A stretch of 64,000 nucleotides of DNA from Actinomycetota bacterium (GTDB taxonomy: Bacteria > Actinomycetota > Thermoleophilia > Gaiellales > Gaiellaceae). Below the pieces are notes generated by a model. It was given only the letters and a program-made list of their open reading frames with translations. It had not been told where the DNA came from and did not search any database. Each line of letters starts with the position of its first letter. Positions within the stretch are counted from its first letter, which is position 1. The stretch is from positions 70,736 through 134,735 of the forward strand of contig JBKOUJ010000035.1 of the NCBI GenBank assembly GCA_046723355.1, written 5' to 3'. This document shows positions 56,862-64,000 of the stretch, piece by piece. The translations under genes and the position numbers were made by a program.

Positions 56862-57311
56862 TCAGCAGGTGGCTGAGAAGTTGTCGAACAAGCTGCGAAC
56901 CGTTCCGTCCGGACTGATGGTGATGTGGAAAAGCTCGGTGATGATGTAACTCTGTTCACCGCCCGTCGCCTGAATGTGGAATTGGTTCACGTACGTCTCC
57001 GTGATCCCGCCCGGCGGCGAGAACACGATCAAGTCTCGGGTGAGACCTGTCGCGTGGAAAATCGTTCCGGTCGTTAGGTCGACGCCTGTCACGCCTTGCG
57101 GTTGGAAGTGGATGGCGAAAATGAATCCACCCGAAAGCGTCGACGTCTCTGTGGTCGTGACCAGCAACGGTCCCGACAAGTGGATGAGATCCCCGTTGCA
57201 GAGCGGAAACGTGGCGTCGAACGTTTGCTGCTCCACTGTGGTCGCTGCTTCTGCGCTGGCTGGGAGGACAAACCCGGCTAGCACTGCCAGGATCACCAGG
57301 ACTCGCTTCAT
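56862..57311 (-). CDS. secreted hypothetical protein (149 aa)
   Basis: Signal peptide MKRVLVILAVLAGFVLPASAEA. AAAGGAG SD. Beta-rich sequence. Confidence 0.7.
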   Translation of the reverse strand: MKRVLVILAVLAGFVLPASAEAATTVEQQTFDATFPLCNGDLIHLSGPLLVTTTETSTLSGGFIFAIHFQPQGVTGVDLTTGTIFHATGLTRDLIVFSPPGGITETYVNQFHIQATGGEQSYIITELFHITISPDGTVRSLFDNFSATC

Positions 57312-57720
57312 CTCTGCTCCTTTCTCATGGTCTCCTCGTCTTGGCTCTCTTTCCTGGGAGCCGCTTGCCGCAGAGACCGCTCACGCACCTCCTTCTTAGG
57401 ACGAGGAGTGATTGTCATACGTTCTTCAAGCGGGATCAAGAAGCAAGGAAAAGCGCCTTGGCTACTAGACGCTTCGGGCCATGCATGGCCGAAAGGGCGA
57501 CTAGTCACGGCGGAGCTCGCGACAAAGCCTGAGCGCGGGATGCTGTTCTCGAACTCGGCGGGACTGATGACGCATTGGAGGTTGTCGCCGAGGCGATGGA
57601 GCTCGCCGGGAAATGCGATGCCGCGTATGCCCTGCCCGGCGTCGGTATCTACCTTGAGGAATGACGTTTAGGCAACTATCGGGCTACACGAACGGCGCCC
57701 GACAAGTCCGCGTATGACGG

Positions 57721-57747
57721 AAAAGCCCCGTTTGAGCGGGGCTTTTC
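57721..57747 (-). terminator. intrinsic terminator of tRNA-Pro
   Basis: On the minus strand, AAAAGCCCCG-CTCAAA-CGGGGCTTTT with a U-tract. Confidence 0.65.
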
Positions 57748-57749
57748 TA

Positions 57750-57827
57750 TGGTCGGGGCGCCCGGATTTGAACCGGGGACCTCTTGTCCCCCAGACAAGC
57801 GCGCTAACCAGGCTGCGCCACGCCCCG
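57750..57827 (-). tRNA. tRNA-Pro (anticodon GGG), CCA encoded
   Basis: The minus strand reads CGGGGCGTGGCGCAGCCTGGTTAGCGCGCTTGTCTGGGGGACAAGAGGTCCCCGGTTCAAATCCGGGCGCCCCGACCA. It folds by hand into a cloverleaf: acceptor CGGGGCG/CGCCCCG, anticodon loop CUGGGGA, T-loop UUCAAAU. Confidence 0.9.
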
Positions 57828-57975
57828 TCAACCGTTGATGTTATCGCCACCCGGGTTAATCGGCCGCTGCCGCGCAGGTCGGCATCGACCTCTGAAGCGA
57901 CATCGCAAGCGATGCCGCAGCAGGCTCGGGTGAACAGTGGGTTTGCGCGATGCGGCGCGTCACAATGAGCGACAG

Positions 57976-59634
57976 ATGACGAACCTTGTCGCGGACACCG
58001 AGCGGCTTCGCCGCCTGCAGCTCCTCGGCGATGCCGCACTGTCCTCGCTCGAGCTGGACGAGTTGCTCGCTGCGCTCCTCGAGCGCATCGGCGGCCTACT
58101 CGAGGTCGACACGTGCGCGATCCTGCTTCTGGACGACGAGCGGAACGAGCTGGTGGCGCGTGCGGCCGTGGGAATCGCGGAGGAGGTCGAACAGGGAGTC
58201 CGGATCCCGGTCGGACGCGGCTTCGCCGGTCGCGTCGCCGCCGAGCGGCGCCCGGTGGTCATCGAAGACCTCGATCAAGCCGACATCTTCAACCCCATCC
58301 TGCGCAAGAAGGGCATCAAATCCATGCTGGGCGTGCCCTTGCTTGTGGGCGGCGACGTGATCGGCGTTCTCCATGTGGGCAGCCTGACCACGCGCAGCTT
58401 CACCCAGGAAGAGACCGAACTACTGCAGCTTGCGGCCGAGCGGGCAGCAACAAGCATCGAGCACGCCCGCCTTTTCGAAGCGGAGCGCACCGCGCGTACG
58501 CGGATCGAGCATGTGCAGGCAGTAACGGACATCGCGCTCGCTCACCTCGACGTCATCCAGCTGCTCAAGGTCCTCCTCCCGCGAATCAGGAACATCCTCG
58601 CCGCTGATACGTGCGCAGTCCTCCTGCTGGACGACGAGCGGAACGAGCTGGTGGCGCGTGCAGCCGTGGGAATCGAAGAGGAGGTCGAACAGGGAGTCCG
58701 GATCCCCGTCGGCGGCGGCTTCGCCGGTCGCGTCGCGGCCGACCGGAGCGCGGTGATCCTCGACGACGTCGATCATGCGGACGTCCTGAACCCGATCCTG
58801 CGGGAGAAGGGCATCAAATCCATGCTGGGTGTGCCGCTGCTCGTCCGCGGCGACGTCATCGGCGTCCTCCACGTTGGCACCCTCACCCATCGCACGTTCA
58901 CCGCCGACGACACCGAGCTGCTCCGGCTCGTCGCGGATCGTGTGGCGCTCGCGATCGAGCGCGGGAAGTTACACGAGCAGACGTTGGCGCTGGACGCGTT
59001 CAAGTCGAACCTCGTCGCGGTCGCCTCGCACGAGCTTCGCACGCCGGCAACCGCGGTGTACGGCGTCTTCGCGACTCTGGCGGAGCGGGGCGGGATCCCC
59101 GCGAAGTTGCGTGATGAGCTGATCCAGGTCGGATACGAGCAGTCCGAGCGGCTGCGCCGGTTGATCGAGCAGCTGCTCGATCTCTCTCAGCTCGATGCGG
59201 GCAGAGTCGACGTCAATCCCGCGCCCGTCCGCCTGCGTGAAGCGATCGAGGAGATCGTCGCATCCGCGCTGGTGGAGCACGGTTCCGCGCAATTGGAGGT
59301 TCCGCCGGACCTGACTGCGGTTGTCGATCGGCTGGTGATCGAGAGGATCTTGACGAACCTCGTCGTCAACGCCGAACGTTACGGCGCTCCCCCGATCGTG
59401 GTCTCTGCGCACGCGTCCGAACACGAGTTGCGTATCGCCGTACAGGACAGCGGCGACGGCGTTCCAGACGACCTCCAGCCGCGCCTGTTCGAGCCGTTTA
59501 CGCGCGGCGCCGACTCAGGCGGCCCCGGGCTCGGCCTCTCGATCGCGCGGACGTACGCCCGAGCCCACGGCGGCGACCTCTTCTTCGTCCCTGGACCGGG
59601 CGCCCGCTTCGAGCTCGTCAGTCCGCAGGGCTGA
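57976..59634 (+). CDS. sensor histidine kinase with two tandem GAF domains
   Basis: Two about 166-aa GAF units, then HisKA (ASHELRTPATAV) and HATPase (DSGDGVP...GGPGLGLSI). No adjacent response regulator. Confidence 0.85.
   Translation: MTNLVADTERLRRLQLLGDAALSSLELDELLAALLERIGGLLEVDTCAILLLDDERNELVARAAVGIAEEVEQGVRIPVGRGFAGRVAAERRPVVIEDLDQADIFNPILRKKGIKSMLGVPLLVGGDVIGVLHVGSLTTRSFTQEETELLQLAAERAATSIEHARLFEAERTARTRIEHVQAVTDIALAHLDVIQLLKVLLPRIRNILAADTCAVLLLDDERNELVARAAVGIEEEVEQGVRIPVGGGFAGRVAADRSAVILDDVDHADVLNPILREKGIKSMLGVPLLVRGDVIGVLHVGTLTHRTFTADDTELLRLVADRVALAIERGKLHEQTLALDAFKSNLVAVASHELRTPATAVYGVFATLAERGGIPAKLRDELIQVGYEQSERLRRLIEQLLDLSQLDAGRVDVNPAPVRLREAIEEIVASALVEHGSAQLEVPPDLTAVVDRLVIERILTNLVVNAERYGAPPIVVSAHASEHELRIAVQDSGDGVPDDLQPRLFEPFTRGADSGGPGLGLSIARTYARAHGGDLFFVPGPGARFELVSPQG
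58129..58898 (+). repeat. internal tandem duplication (498-nt period) encoding the two GAF domains
   Basis: 58129-58400 compared with 58627-58898. The first ~115 nt of each unit are nearly identical at the nucleotide level; the rest is more diverged. Confidence 0.8.
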
Positions 59635-60637
59635 CGATCACGCTGGCGGAGCACCCGAACACGAGCGCCGACAGGACGTCGGCCTCCTCCACGCCTCGCA
59701 ACGAGGGATGCCGGAGGTCGACCTCGATCTCGTCCCACTCGTCGATCCCGAGAGAGCCAGCGCCCTCGTCGGCGCCGAAGCTGAGTAGTGAGTCCGACGA
59801 GACGACGTCGCGGCGGCCGGTGCGCCGACGCGCGATGCCCTCGAGCTCGCGCAGCTCCTCGAGCGGGTCGATCCGCACGTTCGAGTCCGAACCGATGCAT
59901 ATCCCGATTCCACGCTCGCAAAGCCGCTCGATCGGGGCGAAGCCGTCGCCGAGGTTCGCCTCGGTGGTCGGGCAGATGCACACGCGGCCGCCTGCGTCGG
60001 CGATCAGGTCGAGCTCAGGGCCCTCGGCGTGGGTGGCGTGGACGACCGTCGTGTGCGCGCCGAGGCAGCCGCACTGTGCGAGCAGCTCGATCGGGCGCAC
60101 GCCCTCTTCGGCCAGACACTCTTCGACCTCCCGCGGCTGCTCGTCGGCGTGGATGTGCAGCGGGAGCGATTCGCTGACTGCGTAGTTGCCAAGCTCCTCG
60201 AGCCACGAGGGCGGGCAGGCGCGGACGGAGTGGGGGGCGACGCCGACGCGGATCCCACGGCCGCGCAGCGCTTCGAGTTGTCGCAAGTAGTCGGCGACGC
60301 TCTCCTGTCGGAAGCGCTCGAGCCCGCCGCGGGCGTAGGCCGCGTAGAGAAGCACGAAGCCAATCCCGGCCTCCGCAGCCGCTTCCGAAGCCGCGACCCC
60401 CTCGTCGAAGCCCAGGTAATGGAACTCGCCGACCGCGGTGTAGCCGGCGCCGACCAGCTCGCGGTAGACGTCGACGTAGTCCTTCCGAACCTGTCCAGCA
60501 GACAGACCCCGGGCCAGGTCCAGCATGGAGTCGCGCCACGCCCAGAAGTCGCCGCCCTCGGTTCGGCCGCGCAAGGCCCGCTGGAACGCATGGCAGTGGG
60601 CGTTCACGAACCCCGGAAGCGTGAGCCGCTCGGCCAC
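59618..60637 (-). CDS. amidohydrolase-superfamily deaminase (formimidoylglutamate-deiminase-like)
   Basis: LPGFVNAHCHAFQRALRG...HIHADEQ...VHATH...GSDSN. Overlaps the kinase 3' end by 17 nt in convergent orientation. Confidence 0.7.
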   Translation of the reverse strand: MAERLTLPGFVNAHCHAFQRALRGRTEGGDFWAWRDSMLDLARGLSAGQVRKDYVDVYRELVGAGYTAVGEFHYLGFDEGVAASEAAAEAGIGFVLLYAAYARGGLERFRQESVADYLRQLEALRGRGIRVGVAPHSVRACPPSWLEELGNYAVSESLPLHIHADEQPREVEECLAEEGVRPIELLAQCGCLGAHTTVVHATHAEGPELDLIADAGGRVCICPTTEANLGDGFAPIERLCERGIGICIGSDSNVRIDPLEELRELEGIARRRTGRRDVVSSDSLLSFGADEGAGSLGIDEWDEIEVDLRHPSLRGVEEADVLSALVFGCSASVIVSPAD

Positions 60638-60654
60638 CGCCGTATCCTTCCACC

Positions 60655-61209
60655 ATGGCCGCCGCCCGCGCCGTTTCGGCCCCGCTCGCCGCGATTCCGA
60701 ACGTTCTCACGATCGCGCGGCTGATCCTGATTCCCGTCTACGCGACACTAGTCTTAACCAGCGACGGCGGCCACAGCTGGCCCGCGGCGATCGTCTTCGG
60801 CGTCGCCGCGGTCACGGACCAGATCGACGGCTGGCTCGCGCGGCGCTGGCACGTCGAGTCGGAGTTCGGCAAGGTCGCCGACCCGCTTGCCGACCGCCTG
60901 ATGATCGACGCGGCGGTGATCCTGCTCTGGCACGCAGGGCGGCTGCCGTGGGTCGCGCTTGCTATCCCGGCACGTGACGTGGCGCTCATCGCCGGGTACA
61001 AGCTCGTCGTGGGACGAGGGTACGAGCTCGCAGTCAACCTCGCCGGCAAGGCGGCGACCTGGCTGCTCTACGCATCGCTCGCGTTCATCATGGTCACCCC
61101 GGAGGGAACGTCGTGGCCACGCTGGCTCTTCTGGGCCGGCTTCATCCTCGCCGGCGTCTCCCTGCTCGGCTACCTCGCGAAGGCGAAGCGGGAGGTGGTT
61201 GAGGCTTGA
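60655..61209 (+). CDS. pgsA: CDP-alcohol phosphatidyltransferase (PgsA-like)
   Basis: [12 protein letters not shown]...[14 protein letters not shown]...[11 protein letters not shown]. Confidence 0.85.
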   Translation: MAAARAVSAPLAAIPNVLTIARLILIPVYATLVLTSDGGHSWPAAIVFGVAAVTDQIDGWLARRWHVESEFGKVADPLADRLMIDAAVILLWHAGRLPWVALAIPARDVALIAGYKLVVGRGYELAVNLAGKAATWLLYASLAFIMVTPEGTSWPRWLFWAGFILAGVSLLGYLAKAKREVVEA

Positions 61210-63725
61210 AGGCGGTCGTGATGGCCGGTGGCGAGGGCACGCGGCTGCGCCCGCTGACCTCGAACCAGCCGAAGCCGATGGTGCCCGTCGTCGGCAAGCC
61301 GTGCATGGAGCACATCGTCGAGCTCCTTCGCCGCCACGGCATGGAGGACGTGATCGTCACGGTCGCCTTCCTGCCGCAGGCGATCCGCAGCTACTTCGGT
61401 GACGGCGAGTCGCTCGGCGTCAACATCGAGTACTCCGTCGAGGAATCGCCACTTGGCACGGCGGGGTCGGTCCGGCTGGCGAGCGGGCGGCTGGACGACA
61501 CCTTCGTCGTCATCTCCGGCGACGCGCTGACGGACGTGAACCTCGAGAAGATCGTCGCCTTCCACCGCGAGGAGCAGGCGGCGGTGACGATCGGGCTGAA
61601 ATCGGTCGAGAACCCACTCGAGTTCGGGATCGTCGTCACCGACGACGAGGGACGGATCGAACGCTTCCTCGAGAAGCCCTCCTGGGGTCAGGTCTTCTCG
61701 GACACGATCAACACCGGCATCTACGTCCTCGAGCCGGAGGTGCTGCGGCACGTCCCGAGCGACCGACCGTACGACTTCTCCAAGGAGCTCTTCCCGCTGC
61801 TGCTCGAGATGGGCCGGCCGCTCTACGGCTACGTCTTCGACGAGTACTGGCAGGACATCGGCAACCTCGACCAGTTCCGGCAGGCGAACTTCGACGCGCT
61901 CGACGAGGCGGTCGCCCTGGAAGTCCCGGGGATCCGCCTGCGCGGGAACGTCTGGCTGGGGGAGGGGGTCGAGCTCGACGACCTCGAGCAGATCGAGGGG
62001 CCCGCGTTCGTCGGCAACTACTCCAGGATCGCGGCCGGGGCAACGGTCGCGCCGTACTCGGTGCTCGGAGCGAGCGTCACGGTCCGCGAGCGGGCCCGGA
62101 TAAGCCGCAGCGTCGTCGACTCGTCGACCTACGTCGGCCGCAGCGCGGTGATCGAAGGCGCGATCTTAGGGCGCGGCTGCGACGTCGGCTCGCACGTGCT
62201 CGTCCAGGAAGGCGCCGCGATTGGCGACGAGGTCGCCCTCGGCGCGCAGAGCGTCGTCCATCCCGGGGTTCGCATCTACCCGAACAAGGAGGTCGAGAGC
62301 GGCGCACAAGTGACGGAGAGCGTCATCTGGGAGTCGCGCGCCACCTCGCGTCTCTGGGGCCGCGACGGCCTCTCCGGACTCATCAACGTCGACGTCACGC
62401 CCGAGGTCGCGGTGCGACTCGCTGCAGCCCTCGGGACAGCGCTCGAGCGCGGCGACCGCGTCGTCTGCAGCCGCGAGGCCCCGCCCGGCTGCCGGATGAT
62501 CAAGCGGGCGATGATCGCCGGCCTCAATTCGACCGGCGTCGACGTCGCCGACCTGCGCGTGCTTCCGGCCGCCGTCAACCGGCATCTGCTGAAGACGGAG
62601 AGCTTCGACGCAGGCTTCCACGTCGGCGTCAGCTACACGGATCCCGAGGTCGTCGAGATCCGATTCTTCGAGCAGCCGGGAATCCAGCTGACCGCGTCGA
62701 TGCAGAAGGAGATCGAGAAGCATTTCACGCGCCTCGAGCTTCGCCGCGCCGCGCACAACGCGGTCGGCGACGTCAGCTACCCGGCCCGCGTGCGCGAGAC
62801 CTACGCGCAGGATCTCCTGGGGACTCTCGACGCCGACGTTATCCGCAAGCGCAACTTCCGGATCGTCGTCGACTATGGCTACTCGGCGGCGTCGTACATG
62901 TTGCCGCTCGTGCTCGGGCCGCTGGGCGTCGAGGCGATCAGCGCCCATGCCTTCGTGGCCGACACGGCCGAGGCCGGATCGGCGACGCTGGCGGAGTCGA
63001 TCGGACAGGCGAAGCGACTCGTACCGGCCGTGGCCGCCGACTTCGGAGCGGTCTTCGACCGTTCAGCCGAGCGGCTCTTCGTCATCGACGAGCAGGGCCG
63101 CGAGATCGCCGTCGAGCAGACTCTGCTCCTCTTCCTCCGCCTGCTCGGCTCGAACGGGCGCCGCGGCAAGCTCGCCTTCCCGGTGACGGTCACGAGCGAG
63201 GTCGACCGGCTGGCCGAGGCTTCAGGGCTCGAGGTCGTGCGGACCCCGGCGAACCTGGCCGACTTGACGCAGCAGGCGGCCCAGGACGACGTAGTCTTCG
63301 CAGGCGCGCTCGGAGGCGGCTACGTCTTTCCGGAGTTCCTGCCCGCGTACGACGCCGTCGCCAGCCTCTGCAACCTGCTCGAGTTGCTCGCGCCGATGAA
63401 CCAACCGATCTCCGAGCTCGTCGGCGACCTGCCGGTCTCGACGCTCGTCCATCGACAGATCCTGTGCCCGTGGGCGATGAAGGGCCTGGTCATGCGGCTC
63501 CTCAGCGAGCGCCTCCGCGACCGCGAGCTCGACCTGACCGACGGGATCAAGGTGTTCGAAAAGCGCGGCTGGGCGCAGGTGTTGCCCGATCCCGACGAGC
63601 CTGTCGTTCACATCTACGCCGAGGGAAAGACGAAGGACGACTCGCAAGCCCTCGAAGCCGAGCTGCACGCTCTGGTCGACGAGATTTTGCAGACCGAGGA
63701 GGCAGAAGCCTCAAGTACAGGTTGA
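61206..63725 (+). CDS. sugar-1-phosphate nucleotidyltransferase fused to a phosphomannomutase/phosphoglucomutase-like domain
   Basis: [27 protein letters not shown], a left-handed beta-helix region, then an alpha-D-phosphohexomutase-like C-terminal half. TTG start. Confidence 0.8.
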   Translation: MKAVVMAGGEGTRLRPLTSNQPKPMVPVVGKPCMEHIVELLRRHGMEDVIVTVAFLPQAIRSYFGDGESLGVNIEYSVEESPLGTAGSVRLASGRLDDTFVVISGDALTDVNLEKIVAFHREEQAAVTIGLKSVENPLEFGIVVTDDEGRIERFLEKPSWGQVFSDTINTGIYVLEPEVLRHVPSDRPYDFSKELFPLLLEMGRPLYGYVFDEYWQDIGNLDQFRQANFDALDEAVALEVPGIRLRGNVWLGEGVELDDLEQIEGPAFVGNYSRIAAGATVAPYSVLGASVTVRERARISRSVVDSSTYVGRSAVIEGAILGRGCDVGSHVLVQEGAAIGDEVALGAQSVVHPGVRIYPNKEVESGAQVTESVIWESRATSRLWGRDGLSGLINVDVTPEVAVRLAAALGTALERGDRVVCSREAPPGCRMIKRAMIAGLNSTGVDVADLRVLPAAVNRHLLKTESFDAGFHVGVSYTDPEVVEIRFFEQPGIQLTASMQKEIEKHFTRLELRRAAHNAVGDVSYPARVRETYAQDLLGTLDADVIRKRNFRIVVDYGYSAASYMLPLVLGPLGVEAISAHAFVADTAEAGSATLAESIGQAKRLVPAVAADFGAVFDRSAERLFVIDEQGREIAVEQTLLLFLRLLGSNGRRGKLAFPVTVTSEVDRLAEASGLEVVRTPANLADLTQQAAQDDVVFAGALGGGYVFPEFLPAYDAVASLCNLLELLAPMNQPISELVGDLPVSTLVHRQILCPWAMKGLVMRLLSERLRDRELDLTDGIKVFEKRGWAQVLPDPDEPVVHIYAEGKTKDDSQALEAELHALVDEILQTEEAEASSTG

Positions 63726-63786
63726 CCCTTAGTCGGCCCGCTGCTTTACTTCATTGTCCGTCACCTTCGACTGAAAGGGCGTCCTT

Positions 63787-64000
63787 TTGGAACCTCTACC
63801 TGATCTCGGGTCGCTGTCCGACGACGACCTCAAGAAGGAGATCGACAAGCTCAAGGAACAGGAGCGGGAGATCTCCTACCAGCGCCGGATCCTGCACGGC
63901 AAGATCGACATCCTGCGCGCGGAGCTCGTGGCCCGGCTCCAGAAGACCGGCGGGAAAGGTGTGCTCGAGAGCGTCGACGTCGAGTCGCTGACCGCGATCC
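63787..64000 (+). CDS. RsiG-like coiled-coil protein (3' end outside window)
   Basis: TTG start with GAAAGGG SD. LSDDDLKKEIDKLKEQEREISYQRRILHGKIDILRAEL contains ExxxSxxRxxxHxxxD, one residue off the RsiG c-di-GMP motif ExxxSxxRxxxQxxxD. Confidence 0.5.
   Translation, partial: MEPLPDLGSLSDDDLKKEIDKLKEQEREISYQRRILHGKIDILRAELVARLQKTGGKGVLESVDVESLTAI

Larger units (their letters stand above)
51675..57827. mobile_element. two tandem, degraded tRNA-Pro-associated integrative elements (no integrase left)
   Basis: Intact tRNA-Pro at 57750-57827. A 46-nt copy of its anticodon-loop-to-3'-end part at 53549-53594 (1 mismatch). A 15-nt copy of its 3' end at 51675-51689. The tract is visibly lower in GC and filled with short unknown ORFs and gene fragments. 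Confidence 0.6.

Noticed and set aside
57530-57671. A possible DDE/rve transposase C-terminal remnant on the minus strand next to the tRNA (…GELHRLGDNLQCVISPAEFENS…).
   Set aside because: Only a short SPAEFE-like resemblance supports it. There is no start codon. The opposite strand also shows an equally coding-like open frame (ARDAVLELGGTDDALEVVAEAMELAGK…). This is too weak to call.

Overview
This is a high-GC bacterial chromosome segment with actinobacterial-type content: SepF/DivIVA, Cheo-type LexA boxes, imuB/dnaE2 and a mycoredoxin-like CGYC glutaredoxin. A deep-branching lineage such as Thermoleophilia or Rubrobacteria is my unverified guess.

Roughly 90% of the window is housekeeping:
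- deoB-pdp, mutM, glutaredoxin, recO, glyQS
- PPDK-regulatory protein and ppdK, a rhomboid protease, comB
- SOS-boxed imuB and dnaE2, a GH15 hydrolase, murA, ridA
- a DHH-CBS-CCA/polyA polymerase fusion
- the division-cluster tail pgeF-yggS-sepF-yggT-divIVA, then lspA-rluD, a GGDEF protein and gabT
- the conserved block rpsB-tsf-pyrH-frr-uppS-cdsA-dxr-rseP-ispG, then proS
- a GAF-GAF histidine kinase, pgsA, and a nucleotidyltransferase/phosphomannomutase fusion

One visibly lower-GC tract (about 51.7-57.8 kb) is accessory. It ends at an intact tRNA-Pro(GGG) and contains two partial copies of that tRNA's 3' part. I read it as two tandem, integrase-less, decayed integrative elements carrying small proteins of unknown function.

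I found no rRNA, CRISPR array, intact IS or prophage. I also found no recognisable defence, toxin-antitoxin or biosynthetic cluster, so I cannot point to a clear novel multi-gene system.

The best second-look candidates are:
1. A two-copy 170-180 nt element with terminal inverted repeats, CTAG flanks and a 97%-identical hairpin core. It is either a MITE or a structured RNA.
2. A GGGACAGTCCC-N-GGGGACAGTCCC doublet upstream of two tRNA-related genes, with a related palindrome upstream of a solitary RAYT-like Y1 transposase.
3. A REP-like hairpin family that supplies the ispG stop codon.
4. A paralogous CxC small-protein family in the tRNA-Pro islands.
5. An atypical mutasome layout: an imuB plus small ORF under two LexA boxes, with dnaE2 separated from it and overlapping a divergent gene at its start.
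6. A degenerate imidazoleglycerol-phosphate-dehydratase-like protein.

All functional calls come from reading the translations by eye. No database search was run.
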